Source: Alphaproteobacteria bacterium
GTDB taxonomy: Bacteria; Pseudomonadota; Alphaproteobacteria; MPNO01; UBA830
Assembly: GCA_964291215.2 (NCBI GenBank)
Contig: OZ219790.1
Location: 2,368,001 to 2,432,000, forward strand
Direction of reading: 5' to 3'
DNA: 64,000 nucleotides
Below are positions 34,215-45,555 of the stretch, in pieces. A program made the position numbers and the translations under genes. The stretch's first letter is position 1, and the number at the start of each line of letters is the position of its first letter. Below the pieces are notes generated by a model. That model ran no database searches. It saw only the letters and a list, made by a program, of their open reading frames with translations, and was not told the origin of the DNA.

Positions 34215-34273
34215 CGCCGCCATGCCTGTGCGTTCACGGCCATCCGCACGCGCTCCTGAACCGAGAGGACGCC

Positions 34274-34486
34274 ATGACGAAGTTCATTTATCGAGGCTCC
34301 GAGCTGCTTGCCGCAGTCCTGCGAAATCGTCAGCAGAAAGACCGCCGGACAGTCGGCTACATCACGAAGGCCGATCACACCGGCGCATATATGATCGACT
34401 TGGGCCACAGCCCGACGATCATCAAGCCCACAAAGAAGGCTGCCACCGATCACATCGAGAGCATGGCGGACTTCGCCGGCGCATAG
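34274..34486 (+). CDS. Small hypothetical protein
   Basis: GAGGA RBS, MTKFIYRGSELL.., 70 aa. Confidence 0.5.
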   Translation: MTKFIYRGSELLAAVLRNRQQKDRRTVGYITKADHTGAYMIDLGHSPTIIKPTKKAATDHIESMADFAGA

Positions 34487-34680
34487 CGGCGAGCGGGGCC
34501 ACGACCCCGCGATCCGGCCGGGGGCACTGGTCCTTGGACTGAAGAGCGAAATGGACCGCTGACTAAATTCGTGCAATGTTTCCACCGATTTCATCCGGCG
34601 TAGGCCCAAAAGGCTAGGTGTCAGTCGCGGGTGCCGCGAGGCGCTGCGGCGATCAGCCGATAAGGAAGAGGGAGGCGCAA

Positions 34681-34956
34681 ATGGTGGATTTTGCCGTCGA
34701 TGTTCTCTGGGATGAAGAGGCCAAGGTGTTTGTCGGCACCAGCGGAGATATTCCCGGGTTGACGCTCGAAGCGGACCGGCTCGGCGAACTGCTGGACGTC
34801 GCGTTCGACACGGTGCCATCGCTGATCGAGCAGAACCTGTCTCTCCCCGAGGGGGCGGAAGTGCTGGTTACCTTCCGGGTCCGCCAACCGATACGTGAAT
34901 CCGCACCGATCGGGCCGCGATACCTGGTCGAGGACGATCCGCTCATCCCGGCGTAG
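34681..34956 (+). CDS. DUF1902/HicB-like antitoxin
   Basis: WDEEAKVFVGTSGDIPGLTLEAD; GGAGG RBS. Confidence 0.75.
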   Translation: MVDFAVDVLWDEEAKVFVGTSGDIPGLTLEADRLGELLDVAFDTVPSLIEQNLSLPEGAEVLVTFRVRQPIRESAPIGPRYLVEDDPLIPA

Positions 34957-34967
34957 GTCGGGATCCG

Positions 34968-35160
34968 GTGGCCACCTACGAGAAAGACGTGAAGCGCCGT
35001 CTGCGGAAGGAGGGGAAGCGCTTCCAGCGCCAGGCTGGAAGCCACGAGCAGTGGAAGAACGCGGACGGATCCGGTCACACCATTACTGTCCCGAGCAAGA
35101 TCAAGAGCCGCCACACCGCCAACAGCGTCATGCGCCAGGCAGGCCTCGCCCACCACGGCG
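34968..35160 (+). CDS. HicA-family toxin (no stop at the expected position; frame runs on into the IS)
   Basis: FQRQAGSHEQW..ITVPSKIKSRHTANSVMRQAGL. Confidence 0.75.
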
Positions 35161-35248
35161 ATCCCACGCTAGGTTTGTTGGAAGGGTCGGTTTTGCTTGT
35201 TCAGGATGATTCGCATTTTCGCTGGCTTTTTGTGAAGCGGTGCCTGAA

Positions 35249-37009
35249 CCCAAGTTGGCACTTTTTGCGTCAGTCGAAGGCGAAATTTATGCGGCCGCCC
35301 CGTTCGACATACTATATATTGTTGGCCTTTTTCTTGAACCCACTATATTTCTGATTGCGTGTCCGGGGTGGGCGCTGTAGTCCAGGATATTGCAGATTCG
35401 CTCGACCCCGCCGCCAAACCCGGTATATCCAGAGCCTCGTCAACACAAAAGGCTCCAGACAACATGTTCATCAGGGCAACCAAAACCCACAGCACCGCAG
35501 ACGGCAAACCCGTCCACCGGCTCGTGCTTTCTCAACGCATCAGCGACAAGGTCAGGCAGCGCACGCTGCCTCGGTACCGACTGTCCGGTGGCGCGCAAGA
35601 ACTGGAAGGAGGTTGCCGCCGAATCGCTGCTCCACGGCCGCCCGCCGCTGTTCGAAGCCGCGTGCAGGCTGCAGGACATCGTCAACAGGGGCCCCGGAGG
35701 TTCCGCGCCGACGCTCCAGAGGAAGACGCACGCAAATTGCGACCGTCAACCTCGACAGCCTCGAGAACCCGCGCCCGGTCGGCTGCCTGCGCCTCGAGGC
35801 GCGATCCCGGCTTCACGACCTCGGCATCACGAGTGCGCTGATCGTCGCCAGGATGATCCGCCAGCGAGCGCTGGCTGCGCGATGACAGCGCGGAGCTTCC
35901 GGAGGGCAAGGCGCGCAAGACGCCGTACCGCATAGGCGACCTGCGCCACCGGGCCGCCAGGAGCTGTTCAACCGTGAGCGCGCGCTGCATCCCCGACACC
36001 ATCGCATTTTACGACCTCACCAATGTTCACGGCCGCGCCGACGGCAAGCTTCCCCGCTTCGGGCGCTCGAAGCAGAAGCGCAATGATTGCCCCACGCTTG
36101 CACTCGACGGCGCGGGCTTTCGGCGCAGTTGCGAGGTCTTGCGGGGCAACGTGGCCGGGCACGGATGCGCTGCTGAGGCTAGAGGCGGGCGGCGAAGCCG
36201 ACGGTAGTCATGGACGCCGGCACCGAGGCGAACATCGCGTGGCGAGCACGGCTGGATCGCGGGCGGCGGCGCCCGAGGGTGGGCCCGAGGCTGATCACCA
36301 ACCACGAGGTGCAGGCGCCTTGCCAGCGAGGATGGCGCGGCGTGGTCAGCGAGAGCAGGAAGAGGGCCGAGGACGCCATTCCTGGCCGCAGGGCTTCGAG
36401 GCGGCAAAGCTCCACCTCCAAGGGCCGGCGCCACGACAAGGTGCCGGAGAGCGGTCTCGAGCAGCGCTTCTCCACCGTCGCCCGGCACTACGAGATCACC
36501 GTCGAGAAGGCCGGCGCCAACGCAACGGCCGTGCGCTTCAGCCACAGACGACAAGGCAGATGACAACGCGGGCGCCTGCGCACCAGCGACCGGGAGACCA
36601 TCCTCGGGACGTGGATCACGGATACCGAGGCCACCTTCCGTTCATTGAAATCCGAGCCCGGATTGCGCCCGATCCGGCTCGACCAGCGCATCGCCGCCCA
36701 CCTGTTGATCGCCGTGCTCGCCGCGGTGCATCTGATCCCCGCGCGGGGCATCGACAAGTGCTGGACATCAATCCGCGCGGAACCAGGGTCACCACGCGCC
36801 TGCGCCAGGCGCGTTGATCGTCAACCGACAGGACACGCACCGCCGAGGTCGCCGAAATCTCCTCGGCGGCTGGTGTCGAACCCACCGCACGAGGAGCCGC
36901 CTCACAAGCTGACAGAATTCAACGGAATGTAGTGCCATGTTGAAATCGGCCGACAAAAAAATCGCGCAACGTGATAAAAATTCCAGGCCGCAAAAAGTGC
37001 CAACTTGGG
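35249..37009 (+). mobile_element. IS1634-like element, copy 2 (degraded)
   Basis: Same TIRs as 25657-28971 in opposite orientation; no TSD visible. Confidence 0.85.
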
Positions 37010-37011
37010 TT

Positions 37012-37302
37012 ATGGCAGCGTACCACCTTACCGGGCAGGATTCGCAGGTGAAGAATGCGTGGCTTGCAGTGCTGGCTCAGCCAGTTTGGCACTGGCCGTT
37101 TGTCCTCGTGACCGTCTTCGCCATACCTCTGTATATCGCCCACATCGTTTACGTCGGCGCCTTGAACCGTGATGATAGGCTTGGGAGCGCTGTCGATAAG
37201 ATGAGCGGCACAGCGGCGCGAATGACCTTGTTCGTGGCCATCCTGATCACGGTGGCCACCGGGCTTCTGCCGCTGGCCGATTTCCCCAGACTCCGGCCAT
37301 AG
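37012..37302 (+). pseudogene. Membrane protein fragment, 5' end lost at the IS
   Basis: Hydrophobic helices in a frame that begins at the IS end. Confidence 0.35.
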
Positions 37303-37348
37303 CTGCTGGGCTGGGCTGGCCAACTGGCATGAAAAAACGGAGGCTCGG

Positions 37349-37986
37349 ATGTTGAATCCCACCAAGCGGAGCGGCGTTTCCCACTCGTTTTTTTCCGGTG
37401 GCCGTCATGGCCGGCGGATTGGCGGTCACAGGTCCCGCCGCAGGACAGAACGCGCCCGACGAAACCGCTCGCGAGGCTAAGCGGATCGAGTGTGTGGTAA
37501 AGGCGGGACGCCCCTTGGATTTCAAGCCGCTTACCCTCGGCTTCACGTTGTCCCTGTTGGGAAAGTCCGCGCTTAATCTCCAAAAGCGGGCATATGATAC
37601 GATAGTATACAACTACCCCTTACAACATTTCTTGAATCACAAAGAGGGGGTGAACTTGGATGACAAAGAGGGAATGAAGAAGTGGCTCAGTCGAATGAAT
37701 GCCTCGGGAGCTGGTAGCAGCAAGATCGCCTTGGTAACGCGGACCGCCGGAGATCAATACAAGGGCGTACCGCTAATGTGGGCAAGTATTTCGGAAAATT
37801 GCTCCATCGACATAGAGGGGCATCGGAACAAGCTGGATATCAGCGATGTCTGGTTAGCTAAGGGCTATGCGAGCGGCATGGTTCCCGCGACGACAACTCT
37901 CAAGACTTTCAAGCCCCTTGAAAAGTGCGGGAGGAACGCCAGCGAGGCTATTCTCTCTGTTGGGACTGGAAAGAGTAAAAAAAGGC
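37349..37986 (+). pseudogene. Lower-GC secreted hypothetical protein, probably frameshifted in a T run and truncated by an IS66 end
   Basis: GGAGG-ATG at 37349, T7 run near 37390, signal-like AVMAGGLAVTGPAAG; frame runs into the IS66 left end at 37987. Confidence 0.45.
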
Positions 37987-39592
37987 GTAACTGCTCACCC
38001 CCTGGTTCCGGCTTGATGTCGGGGTAGAGCAACGAACGGGTTTTCGTGGAGATTTTACACTGCAGGCCGATTCGTTTAGTGGTGGTATCTACTCACCCCT
38101 AGTTGGGTTCTGATTGGCCGTAGTGCTCGTTGATGATGTCTGCGGCTTTTCCGTCGAGGGCGATCTGGGTGGCGACGAGTGGGTTGTAGCCGAGTGCGGC
38201 CATGGAGGTGAGGTAGCTTGAGCCTCGGCACCATGCTTTTGCGTGGAGCGGAAGCATCCGGACACCTTGACCTTTGCCATCCTGATCTTCTGTTCTCCGG
38301 CATTGTTGGTGAAGCTGACGTTGGGGTCGTCTGTGAAGCGCAGGTTTTCGTGTTTCACGAGACGTTCGTGCAGGTTGTGCGCGTCGGACTTGCGTCCACG
38401 TTTTCCTTTCGGCGGCGGCGAGATGTCGGGCAGTTCCTTGGCGCCCTGAGTGAGGATGGTGCGGTAGCGCTTGTGCACGGCCCGGCGGTCAGCCTCGTTC
38501 AAGGTTTTGGATGCGCTCTTGTTGATCTTGTGGCAGACCTCGCGGAGCAGGCTCTTCATCAGTCGCGCGGTAGCCTCGACGACAAAGGTCAGTTCGCGCA
38601 GCAGGTGGCTGCCGCACAGCTGGTGGCTACACTGGCCCATGTACGAGGCCCAGGACGCCCTTGTAGCACGGGCCGATCTCTTGCCCGCGCTTGCGGTGCG
38701 GGAACTTGCACGTCAGGGTCCCACGACATGGAGCCACTTGCTATTGATCCGAAATCGTCGACATCGGGCGTTGCAGGAGGTGCGCCACGGCAGCCTCCTC
38801 CCATGACGCATCGTGAAAGCATAGCCGAGGCCTCGGAGAGCTTGATGCCGGAGATCGCCTGCACGAGCGGCACGGCGCAGGGACAGCATCTGGGCGACCA
38901 GCAGGTTGATGACGAGGGCCTGGATGCCGTACTGCACGGGATGTTGTCGGGGAACCGGCCCTTGCACTTCGGGCATTCCTTGATCTCGGCGCGGCGCTCG
39001 ACGACCTCGAACACGATGTCGTAGAGGATGCAGCGCTCCCAATCGACGGGGCCGTCGGCGCCGCAGGCGTCGCAGGCCGCGACCGTCTCTTCGACGATGG
39101 TCTTGCACAGGTTGTCGCCCATCTGCCGGTTCGGCTTCGGGCCCTTGCTCCCGGCACGCTCTTGTCCGTCTGTGACGGCGGCAGACCGGAGTTCCGGCTC
39201 GTGCGTGGTCTTCTCCAGAAGGACGACGATGATGATGTCGAGCAGGATGACGAAGACGCGGATCACGGCCTCTTCCGCCACCTTGCCGGCAGCGCCGCGG
39301 TCTTGGCCGCTTCGAACTCCTCGCGCGCCGCCCGTCGCCATCACCCGGCCTTGCGCTTCATCAGCGCGCCGCTTCCGAGATGCGTTTCCACATACAGATC
39401 ATGCGGAGGCTGGAGCCCCGGAAGCAGCTGGCACAACCCGCCGTCGACTTCGATCCAAAGTAGCCCACTGGCGGTCCCCGTCGTTCTCGATTACCACCAC
39501 TAAACGAATCGGCCTGCAGTGTCAAATCTCCACGAAAACCCGTTCGTTGCTCTACCCCGACATCAAGCCGGAACCAGGGGGTGAGCAGTTAC
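37987..39592 (-). mobile_element. IS66 left-end fragment (37987-38084) fused to full IS66 copy C (38085-39592)
   Basis: Termini identical to copy A; no TSD; the outer ~100 bp form an inverted repeat. Confidence 0.85.
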
Positions 39593-39655
39593 GAGTTAGC
39601 ATCCTCATGACCCCTGAGTTGCGGAAGTCGGGTTAGCGGCGGAAGGGAGCGGACC

Positions 39656-39871
39656 ATGTTAACGAGGTTCACACCTGAGAATTTCAAGAGTTTCCGCGAA
39701 CCGGCCACCCCGCCGCTCGCGCCGCTCACCATGCTCGCGGACGCCAATGCTTCGGGCAAGAACAACCTGGTGGAGGCGCTACGATTGTTGTCGTGGATCG
39801 CCCAAGGGCACAGACTCACCGCGATCCGCCACGCTCTGCAGGATGCCAATTATCCCATTCGCGGAATGTGA
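39656..39871 (+). pseudogene. AAA_21/OLD-type ATPase N-terminal fragment
   Basis: ENFKSF..PLTML.ANASGKNNLVEAL, a degenerate Walker A. Confidence 0.6.
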
Positions 39872-40611
39872 CCGTCGTTTCGGGCGTCCGGCGTCCATGA
39901 GCGGCGGAGAAGTAAGGGCGGCGCCAGCGCGCGGTGATGGCGCACCCGGCGGGAAATGGGCGCGCGCAGGCGGCCGGCATGACGGTCCCGCTTCCGGTTC
40001 ACGGCCGCGCGGCGGCGGCCCCGGGCTTGGGGCCGCGCCTGCCGGTCGTCGATGGGCGCCGCGGGCCCGGTTTGCGGGGGCCCGTCGGCGGCTGACTGTG
40101 GCATGGATGCAACAGGTCGGTGAAATCGGCGTGGGGGTTGGTCCGGGAGCTTGTGCGGTGTCGTGCGGCCGGGTTAGAGGTTCCGCGCCATCGCAGCGGC
40201 GGGTGTATCCAGACTTGACTTCAGCGGCTCGAACACGGTGTAGAATACGCCTCGCGCCTCTTCATGTCTTTCATTTGCCGTCTTCCGGCGCCGGTCTGCC
40301 GGTTCGCTTTCGGGAGAGCGGCTCCCGCCTGACTTCTGTCTTTCTTGCCCGTGCGTCCTCTGCGGAGGATCGCCGGGCGCGTGCAGATGGATACGTTGCC
40401 GGGGAGCGCGCGGGAGTGCGCCCGCCGCGCTGGCGGCAGGACCGCCTTGCGGGCGGACCGGCTTTCCCCGGCACGCTTTCTGCCGCGGCCTTTCCGGGGC
40501 CGCGGCTTCACCTCTCATCCTCAGTGACCTGCCGCCCCGTCGTGCGCCTTCTCCGGCGTGCGGCGGTCGACGGGCGCTGCGGGTGGGCTTTCACCTGAAG
40601 GAGACGAGACG

Positions 40612-41795
40612 ATGACGACAGCAAGACATGGCCCGGCATGGCCGGGGGACGGCAGGCTGCATGGCGGATGCCGTGCGCGGGGCTTCACGGGCAAGGTTCT
40701 TCTTGCGGCCTCGGGTATTGCGCTTGCGGCGGGTCCTGCGTCTGTGGCGGACATGCTGAGCGTGGCGTCGGCGGCTACATGCAGCAGTGGTTCGGAATGG
40801 TCGATGTGGACGACTCGGCGGACCCGATGGAAGAGGGCGGCGTTGCCCAGCAGTCGGACAGCGAGATCTGGTTCAAGGGCAAGCTGGAAGCCGACAACGG
40901 CATGACCTTCTCGATGAAGGTGGAGCTCGAGGGCAACAGTCAGTCGGGTTCGATGATCGACGAGTCGCAGCTGACGGTTGGCGGCGAGTTCGGTCAGATC
41001 ACGCTGGGTGCCGAGGACAGCGCGGTGGTTCTCACCCATATGGGCGTGCGGGATGCCGGTTTCGGCATGCTCTGCGGCGACATGGGCAGATGGATCAACG
41101 GAATCAACGAGTGCGGGCCCTCTGGCCTGGGGACCGCGGGCCACGGCCTCGGCGACAAGAACCTGGTGAGCTACTTCACGCCGCGGGTGAACGGCGCGCA
41201 GATGGCCGTGAGCTACATCCTGAACACCGGGCAGGAAGGCCGTGGCGGCAATGTGAAGAACAATGACGAGGACGCCTGGTCGGTCGCCGGCAACTACAAG
41301 GGCGATTTCGGCAACATGAACCTGGCGTTCTCTGCGGGCCACTACCAGAAGAGCCAGATGGACGCCGACGACTACACCTTCTCGAATGCCGGCCTGCGGG
41401 TGGGCATGGGGGCGTTCAGCTTCGATGTCGCCTATGCCACGGCGGATGACGGCATGAAGACGGACTCCTCGGATGATGTCGAGGTCGTGGCCGCCGGGGT
41501 GATGTATTCCGAGGGCGCGATGGCGGTGAGCCTGAGCGGCACGATGACCGAGGCCGACGACGGCACGGAGCAGTCGGGCGGCCTGTTTTCAGCGAGCTAC
41601 ATGCTGGCGCCGGGCATTGCCTGGAGAAGCTCGCTGTTCATGGCCGAGAGGGGCCGCGGCACGATGCCCGGCAAGTACGATTTCGGCGTGCCCTCGGGCC
41701 AAAGAGGCGAGCCTGCGCCCAGCACCGGCAGCAATGCCGCCGGCAGCAATGTCGAGGGCGCCGGTTTCGTGACCGGCATCACGCTGAGCTTCTGA
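40612..41795 (+). pseudogene. Alphaproteobacterial porin with a frameshift near 40764
   Basis: Signal KVLLAASGIALAAGPA in one frame; VGGYMQQWFG..DSEIWFKG..VELEG..FGQITLG..SYFTPR..terminal F in another. Confidence 0.8.
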
Positions 41796-41864
41796 GCGGC
41801 GGTTCGCGCGACGAAGGAACGGTTTGCCCGGTTTGTCCGGGCTTGAGAGAAGGAGAAAAGTTCG

Positions 41865-43565
41865 ATGAGAACCATGAAACATGTGACTTTGGCGGCGCTG
41901 GCTGCTGCGGGCTTGGCGCTCGCGGGCTGCGGCGGCGGGTCCAAAAAGCCGGCCGCGATGGACGACCAGCAGATGGAGATGACGCCGGTCGAAAAAGCGC
42001 AGTCTTACGTCGCCGCCGCCACGGCGGCCAAGAAGGCGGCGGAGGATGCCGCGAAAACGGCCAAAATGCAGCTTGACGCGGCCAAGTTGGCGAACGCATA
42101 TGACATCTACACCACCGGAGGCGACAGCTCGGTGGTCCGGACCAACGCCGCGGCCGTGATAGCCGCGAAGGCGGCGGCCGACAAGGCGCTGGCGGACGCC
42201 AAGGCGGCGCTGACGGCGGCCAAGAAGGCGCAGACGGACCTGAACGCCGTGTCGGGCACGCCCGGCCTCGCGTCGCAAAAGGAGGTGGTCGGTCAGCGGA
42301 TCAAGGACGTGGAAGCGCAGATCAAGCTCATCGAGGGGTACCAGACAACGGTCAACGGCTATGCCGCGAAGGTCGATACCGAGGCGAAAATCAAGGGCCT
42401 CGCCGGCGAAACCCCCGCTAGTGCCGCCGAGAGCGGCAACAACGCGCGGCGGGTCCTTTACATGCTGCAGCCCACCGGCGAAGGCAATGGCTCTTCTCCT
42501 CCCAAGAACTCGTCTTGGTACTTGAGCAGGCCAGAACTGGCTGCCCTGCCTAAGGGGGATACGAAGGTACCGGTGGAGCGCGTCGCCCCTACCCCCTCGG
42601 ACACCAGCACAGACCCTGGCCGCTCCAAGGGCTACATCGAGTATGACCGGCGCGGCCTCCCGGAAGACGCCATGACCTGGGAGCAGATCGCCGGAGCGGG
42701 GAACCTGATCAAGAAGGCCTTCGGCACCAACATCATGGATGTCGATGTCCTGCCCCTTGCCGGGATGCCCGTTTCCGCATTAACCGACTCGGATGGAAAG
42801 GCCCTGACGGCGCTTCCTGAAATCCCCGCCGCCGGCAAACTCACCGACCAGTATTACAAGGGGATCAAGGGGACGTTGTATTGCCAGGGCAGCTGTAAGG
42901 TTGACGGCGGCAATCTGATGGGTTCGCTGTTTTTCCAGAAGGTTGGGGGAAATACGCTCTACTACCAGATGAAGGCGGGCAACTCCTACTACACGCCGTA
43001 CGGCACCTATGCCCGCTACGGGTACTGGCTGTATGAGAGCGTCTCCACCACCTTTATCGCTCTCTTCGCCCACAGCCCCGCCGGCTCTGCCGGGGATGTC
43101 AGCGAGACCGCCGGGCTTGCCGAAACCGCCACCCACGAGGGCAAGGCCCTGGGCCTGTCGGTGCTGAAGACCTACACCGGTCCCACTCTCACGGGGCTCA
43201 AGTCGGGACAGTTCACGGCGGATGTGACGCTCAACGCCAAGTTCGGGGCGGCGGGGACACCAGCACTGGGAGGAAAGATCGACAACTTCATGGGGAATGC
43301 CGTCGACGAGGACTGGAGCGTTACGCTCACGGAGAAGCAGGATGACGACCTCGACTTTCGCGGCTCGAGCAACAGGGGCGATGCCCAGGGTTCCGACTCT
43401 GCCGGCGGCGTTACGCCTCGAGCCGGCGGGTGGGAGGCTATAACCTATGGCGATAGCAGCACGAAGCGTCCGGTCGGCGTGATCGGCAACTTCAACGCCC
43501 ACTTCTCGAACGGGCACGTTGCCGGCAGCTTCGCAACGAGGATGAAGACGGAGACGACGGAGTAG
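41865..43565 (+). CDS. Surface lipoprotein with C-terminal TbpB-like beta-barrel (Slam substrate), copy 1
   Basis: Lipobox LAGC-GGG, Ala-rich coiled coil, ATxEGKA.G..FTADVTL.AKFG..GGKIDNF..G.FNA..VAGSF. Confidence 0.8.
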   Translation: MRTMKHVTLAALAAAGLALAGCGGGSKKPAAMDDQQMEMTPVEKAQSYVAAATAAKKAAEDAAKTAKMQLDAAKLANAYDIYTTGGDSSVVRTNAAAVIAAKAAADKALADAKAALTAAKKAQTDLNAVSGTPGLASQKEVVGQRIKDVEAQIKLIEGYQTTVNGYAAKVDTEAKIKGLAGETPASAAESGNNARRVLYMLQPTGEGNGSSPPKNSSWYLSRPELAALPKGDTKVPVERVAPTPSDTSTDPGRSKGYIEYDRRGLPEDAMTWEQIAGAGNLIKKAFGTNIMDVDVLPLAGMPVSALTDSDGKALTALPEIPAAGKLTDQYYKGIKGTLYCQGSCKVDGGNLMGSLFFQKVGGNTLYYQMKAGNSYYTPYGTYARYGYWLYESVSTTFIALFAHSPAGSAGDVSETAGLAETATHEGKALGLSVLKTYTGPTLTGLKSGQFTADVTLNAKFGAAGTPALGGKIDNFMGNAVDEDWSVTLTEKQDDDLDFRGSSNRGDAQGSDSAGGVTPRAGGWEAITYGDSSTKRPVGVIGNFNAHFSNGHVAGSFATRMKTETTE

Positions 43566-43585
43566 CCGGCTCCCGGATCCGGTTC

Positions 43586-43623
43586 AGGCCCCGGCTGCTC
43601 TTCAGGCGGCCGGGGCCTTCTTT
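43586..43623 (+). terminator. Intrinsic terminator-like hairpin between lipoprotein and Slam genes (mirrored at ~46849-46886)
   Basis: GGCCCCGGCTGC..GCGGCCGGGGCC followed by TTCTTT. Confidence 0.5.
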
Positions 43624-43665
43624 CCTCCGGCGCCCGGAGGTTCCCTTTCACGGACAGGGGTTCCC

Positions 43666-44664
43666 ATGCGCATACCCGCTCTCGTCATTGCCGCCGGGCT
43701 GTATCTGTTCGCCGCCGCCGCCCACGGCCAGGATGCGACCGGCGAGCGGTTCCGGGCGGGCATGGAGGCGCTCGCCGCCGCGCAGGCCGCCGCGGACCGG
43801 GACGCCCGCGACGGGAAGCTCGACGAGGCGATTGCGGCGTTCCGGGCCATCCTGGTGGACCGCCCGGAACTGGTGCGTGTGCGTCTGGAACTCGCACACG
43901 CTTTCTTCCTGAAGGAGGAGGACAGCCTGGCGCGGCGGCATTTCGAACAGGTTCTGGCGGGGACGCCGCCGCCGGCGGTGGCCGCCAACATCCGGCGCTT
44001 CCTCGACATCATGCGCGCGCGGCGGCGCTGGGAGGCGCATTTCGGCCTGGCGGTGGCGCCCGACAGCAACCTCAACGCCGCATCGGGGGAGCGCACGATC
44101 TTTCTCGACACGCCGTTAGGGCGCCTGCCCTTCACCCTCGACGGCGACGTGTCGCGCAAGTCGGGCATCGGCGTCTCGCTGTGGGGCGGCGGCGAATACC
44201 AGGTTCCGCTTTCGCCGGCCCTGCGGCTGCGCGCTGGGGCGGACGCCAGCGCGCGGGAATACAAGGGCGGGGCGTTCGACCGCCATTCGCTCTCGGCCCA
44301 TATCGGCCCGCGCCGGCTGATCGACGGGAGCACGGAGGCGAGCCTGCTGGCGGTGGTGGACCGGCAGTGGAACGCCGGGCGGCCCGAGACCGACCGCTTC
44401 GGCGTCCGGCTGGAAGGCGCGCACCGCCTGACGCCGCGCCTCGCCCTGTTCGCCTACGCCAGCGCCACCCGGCGCAACTGCCGCGGCTGCAACTGGCTCG
44501 ACGGCCCGGCGGGCGATTCGATGCTCGGCGCAAGCTGGGCCGCCCTGCCGATCCTGCGCCTCGGCGGCCATGCCGGATACAACTGGACCCGCGCCAATGC
44601 CGAACACTGGCGCAACCGCGGACCCCGGGCCGGCCTCGGCGCGACGCTCGCGCTGCCGGCCGGC
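43666..44664 (+). pseudogene. Slam (DUF560) copy 1, truncated by an IS1380 remnant
   Basis: Identical in translation to 46806-45808 until ..LALPAG, then IS sequence. Confidence 0.85.
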
Positions 44665-45316
44665 GGGCTGGGAGGAACAGAGCTACGTGGTGGTCCGCCG
44701 CCGCCGCGACCGGGGCCAGACCCTGCTGCTTCCCGTCTACACCGTGATCCCGGTCTCGCGCGACGACCTTCCGCTCGACGAGCTGGTGCGCCGCCACCGC
44801 GGGAAGCAGGGCCGGGAGAACGCCTTCAAGGGGCCGCTGATCGACCTCGACCTGCATCACCCGTCGTGCCGGAGGTTCCGCGCCAATCAGGCCTTCTAAA
44901 TCTGCGGCCAGATCGCGCAGATGCTGCTGCGCGCGGTCCAATACCAGTTGTTGCCGGCCCGCGCCCGGCGCCATGGCCTGCGGCCCCTGATCCGCTATCT
45001 GGTGAGGGTCGTGGGAAGGCTGGTGCGCAGCGGCCGGCGGCTCGACTTCGCGCGCAACAACTTCCGGCTCGACTGGCTCTACCACGCCGCCGTCCAGCTC
45101 GAATAGCAGGCCCCGGCGCACCCTGCTCCGTCCCCGCTCGAAACCGGCAGGCCCGGGGCAGCCCGCTAGTCCCCCGAACCGCCAAACGCGCCGTCCAGCC
45201 GCGCTAACAGGCGAACGCACATCATCCGACCTCTCGACGCTCCGACGCCGCCATCGCTGTGCACGAAAATCCGCATCGCCAGCCTCAATCCGGCACACCT
45301 TCCGCGCGTATCAGGG
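44665..45316 (+). mobile_element. IS1380-family 3' remnant
   Basis: RHRGKQGRENAFK..DLDLHH..FRANQAF..LVRVVGRLVRSGRR. Confidence 0.7.
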
Positions 45317-45513
45317 AATCGAGGCTTCATGACCTCCGTCATACCATGGCCAGCCATGCCGTGATGAACGGCGTGCCCGTCCCGGTGGTCTCCCGGCTGC
45401 TCGGCCATTCCAGTGTGAGGATGACGCTGCGCTATGCCCATCTCGCCGACCGCGACATCGAAGCCGCCGCGGAACGCGTCGGGCAGGCCATGAGCGCCGT
45501 GCTGGAGGCTTGA
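45317..45513 (+). pseudogene. Tyrosine recombinase C-terminal fragment
   Basis: RLHDLRHT..LLGHSSVRMTLRYAH. Confidence 0.85.
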
Positions 45514-45555
45514 TGCACGACCCCGGCCCGATGCAGCCGCTATTGGCGTGTCCGG

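Larger units (their letters stand above)
33816..34596 (+). repeat. Imperfect ~62-bp direct repeat (33816-33878 and 34533-34596)
   Basis: Shared exact core GCTGACTAAATTCGTGCAATGTTT plus CTTGGACTGAAG. Confidence 0.85.

Noticed and set aside
33816-34596. CRISPR array or iteron set
   Set aside because: Only two repeat units about 720 bp apart, and no cas genes anywhere in the window.
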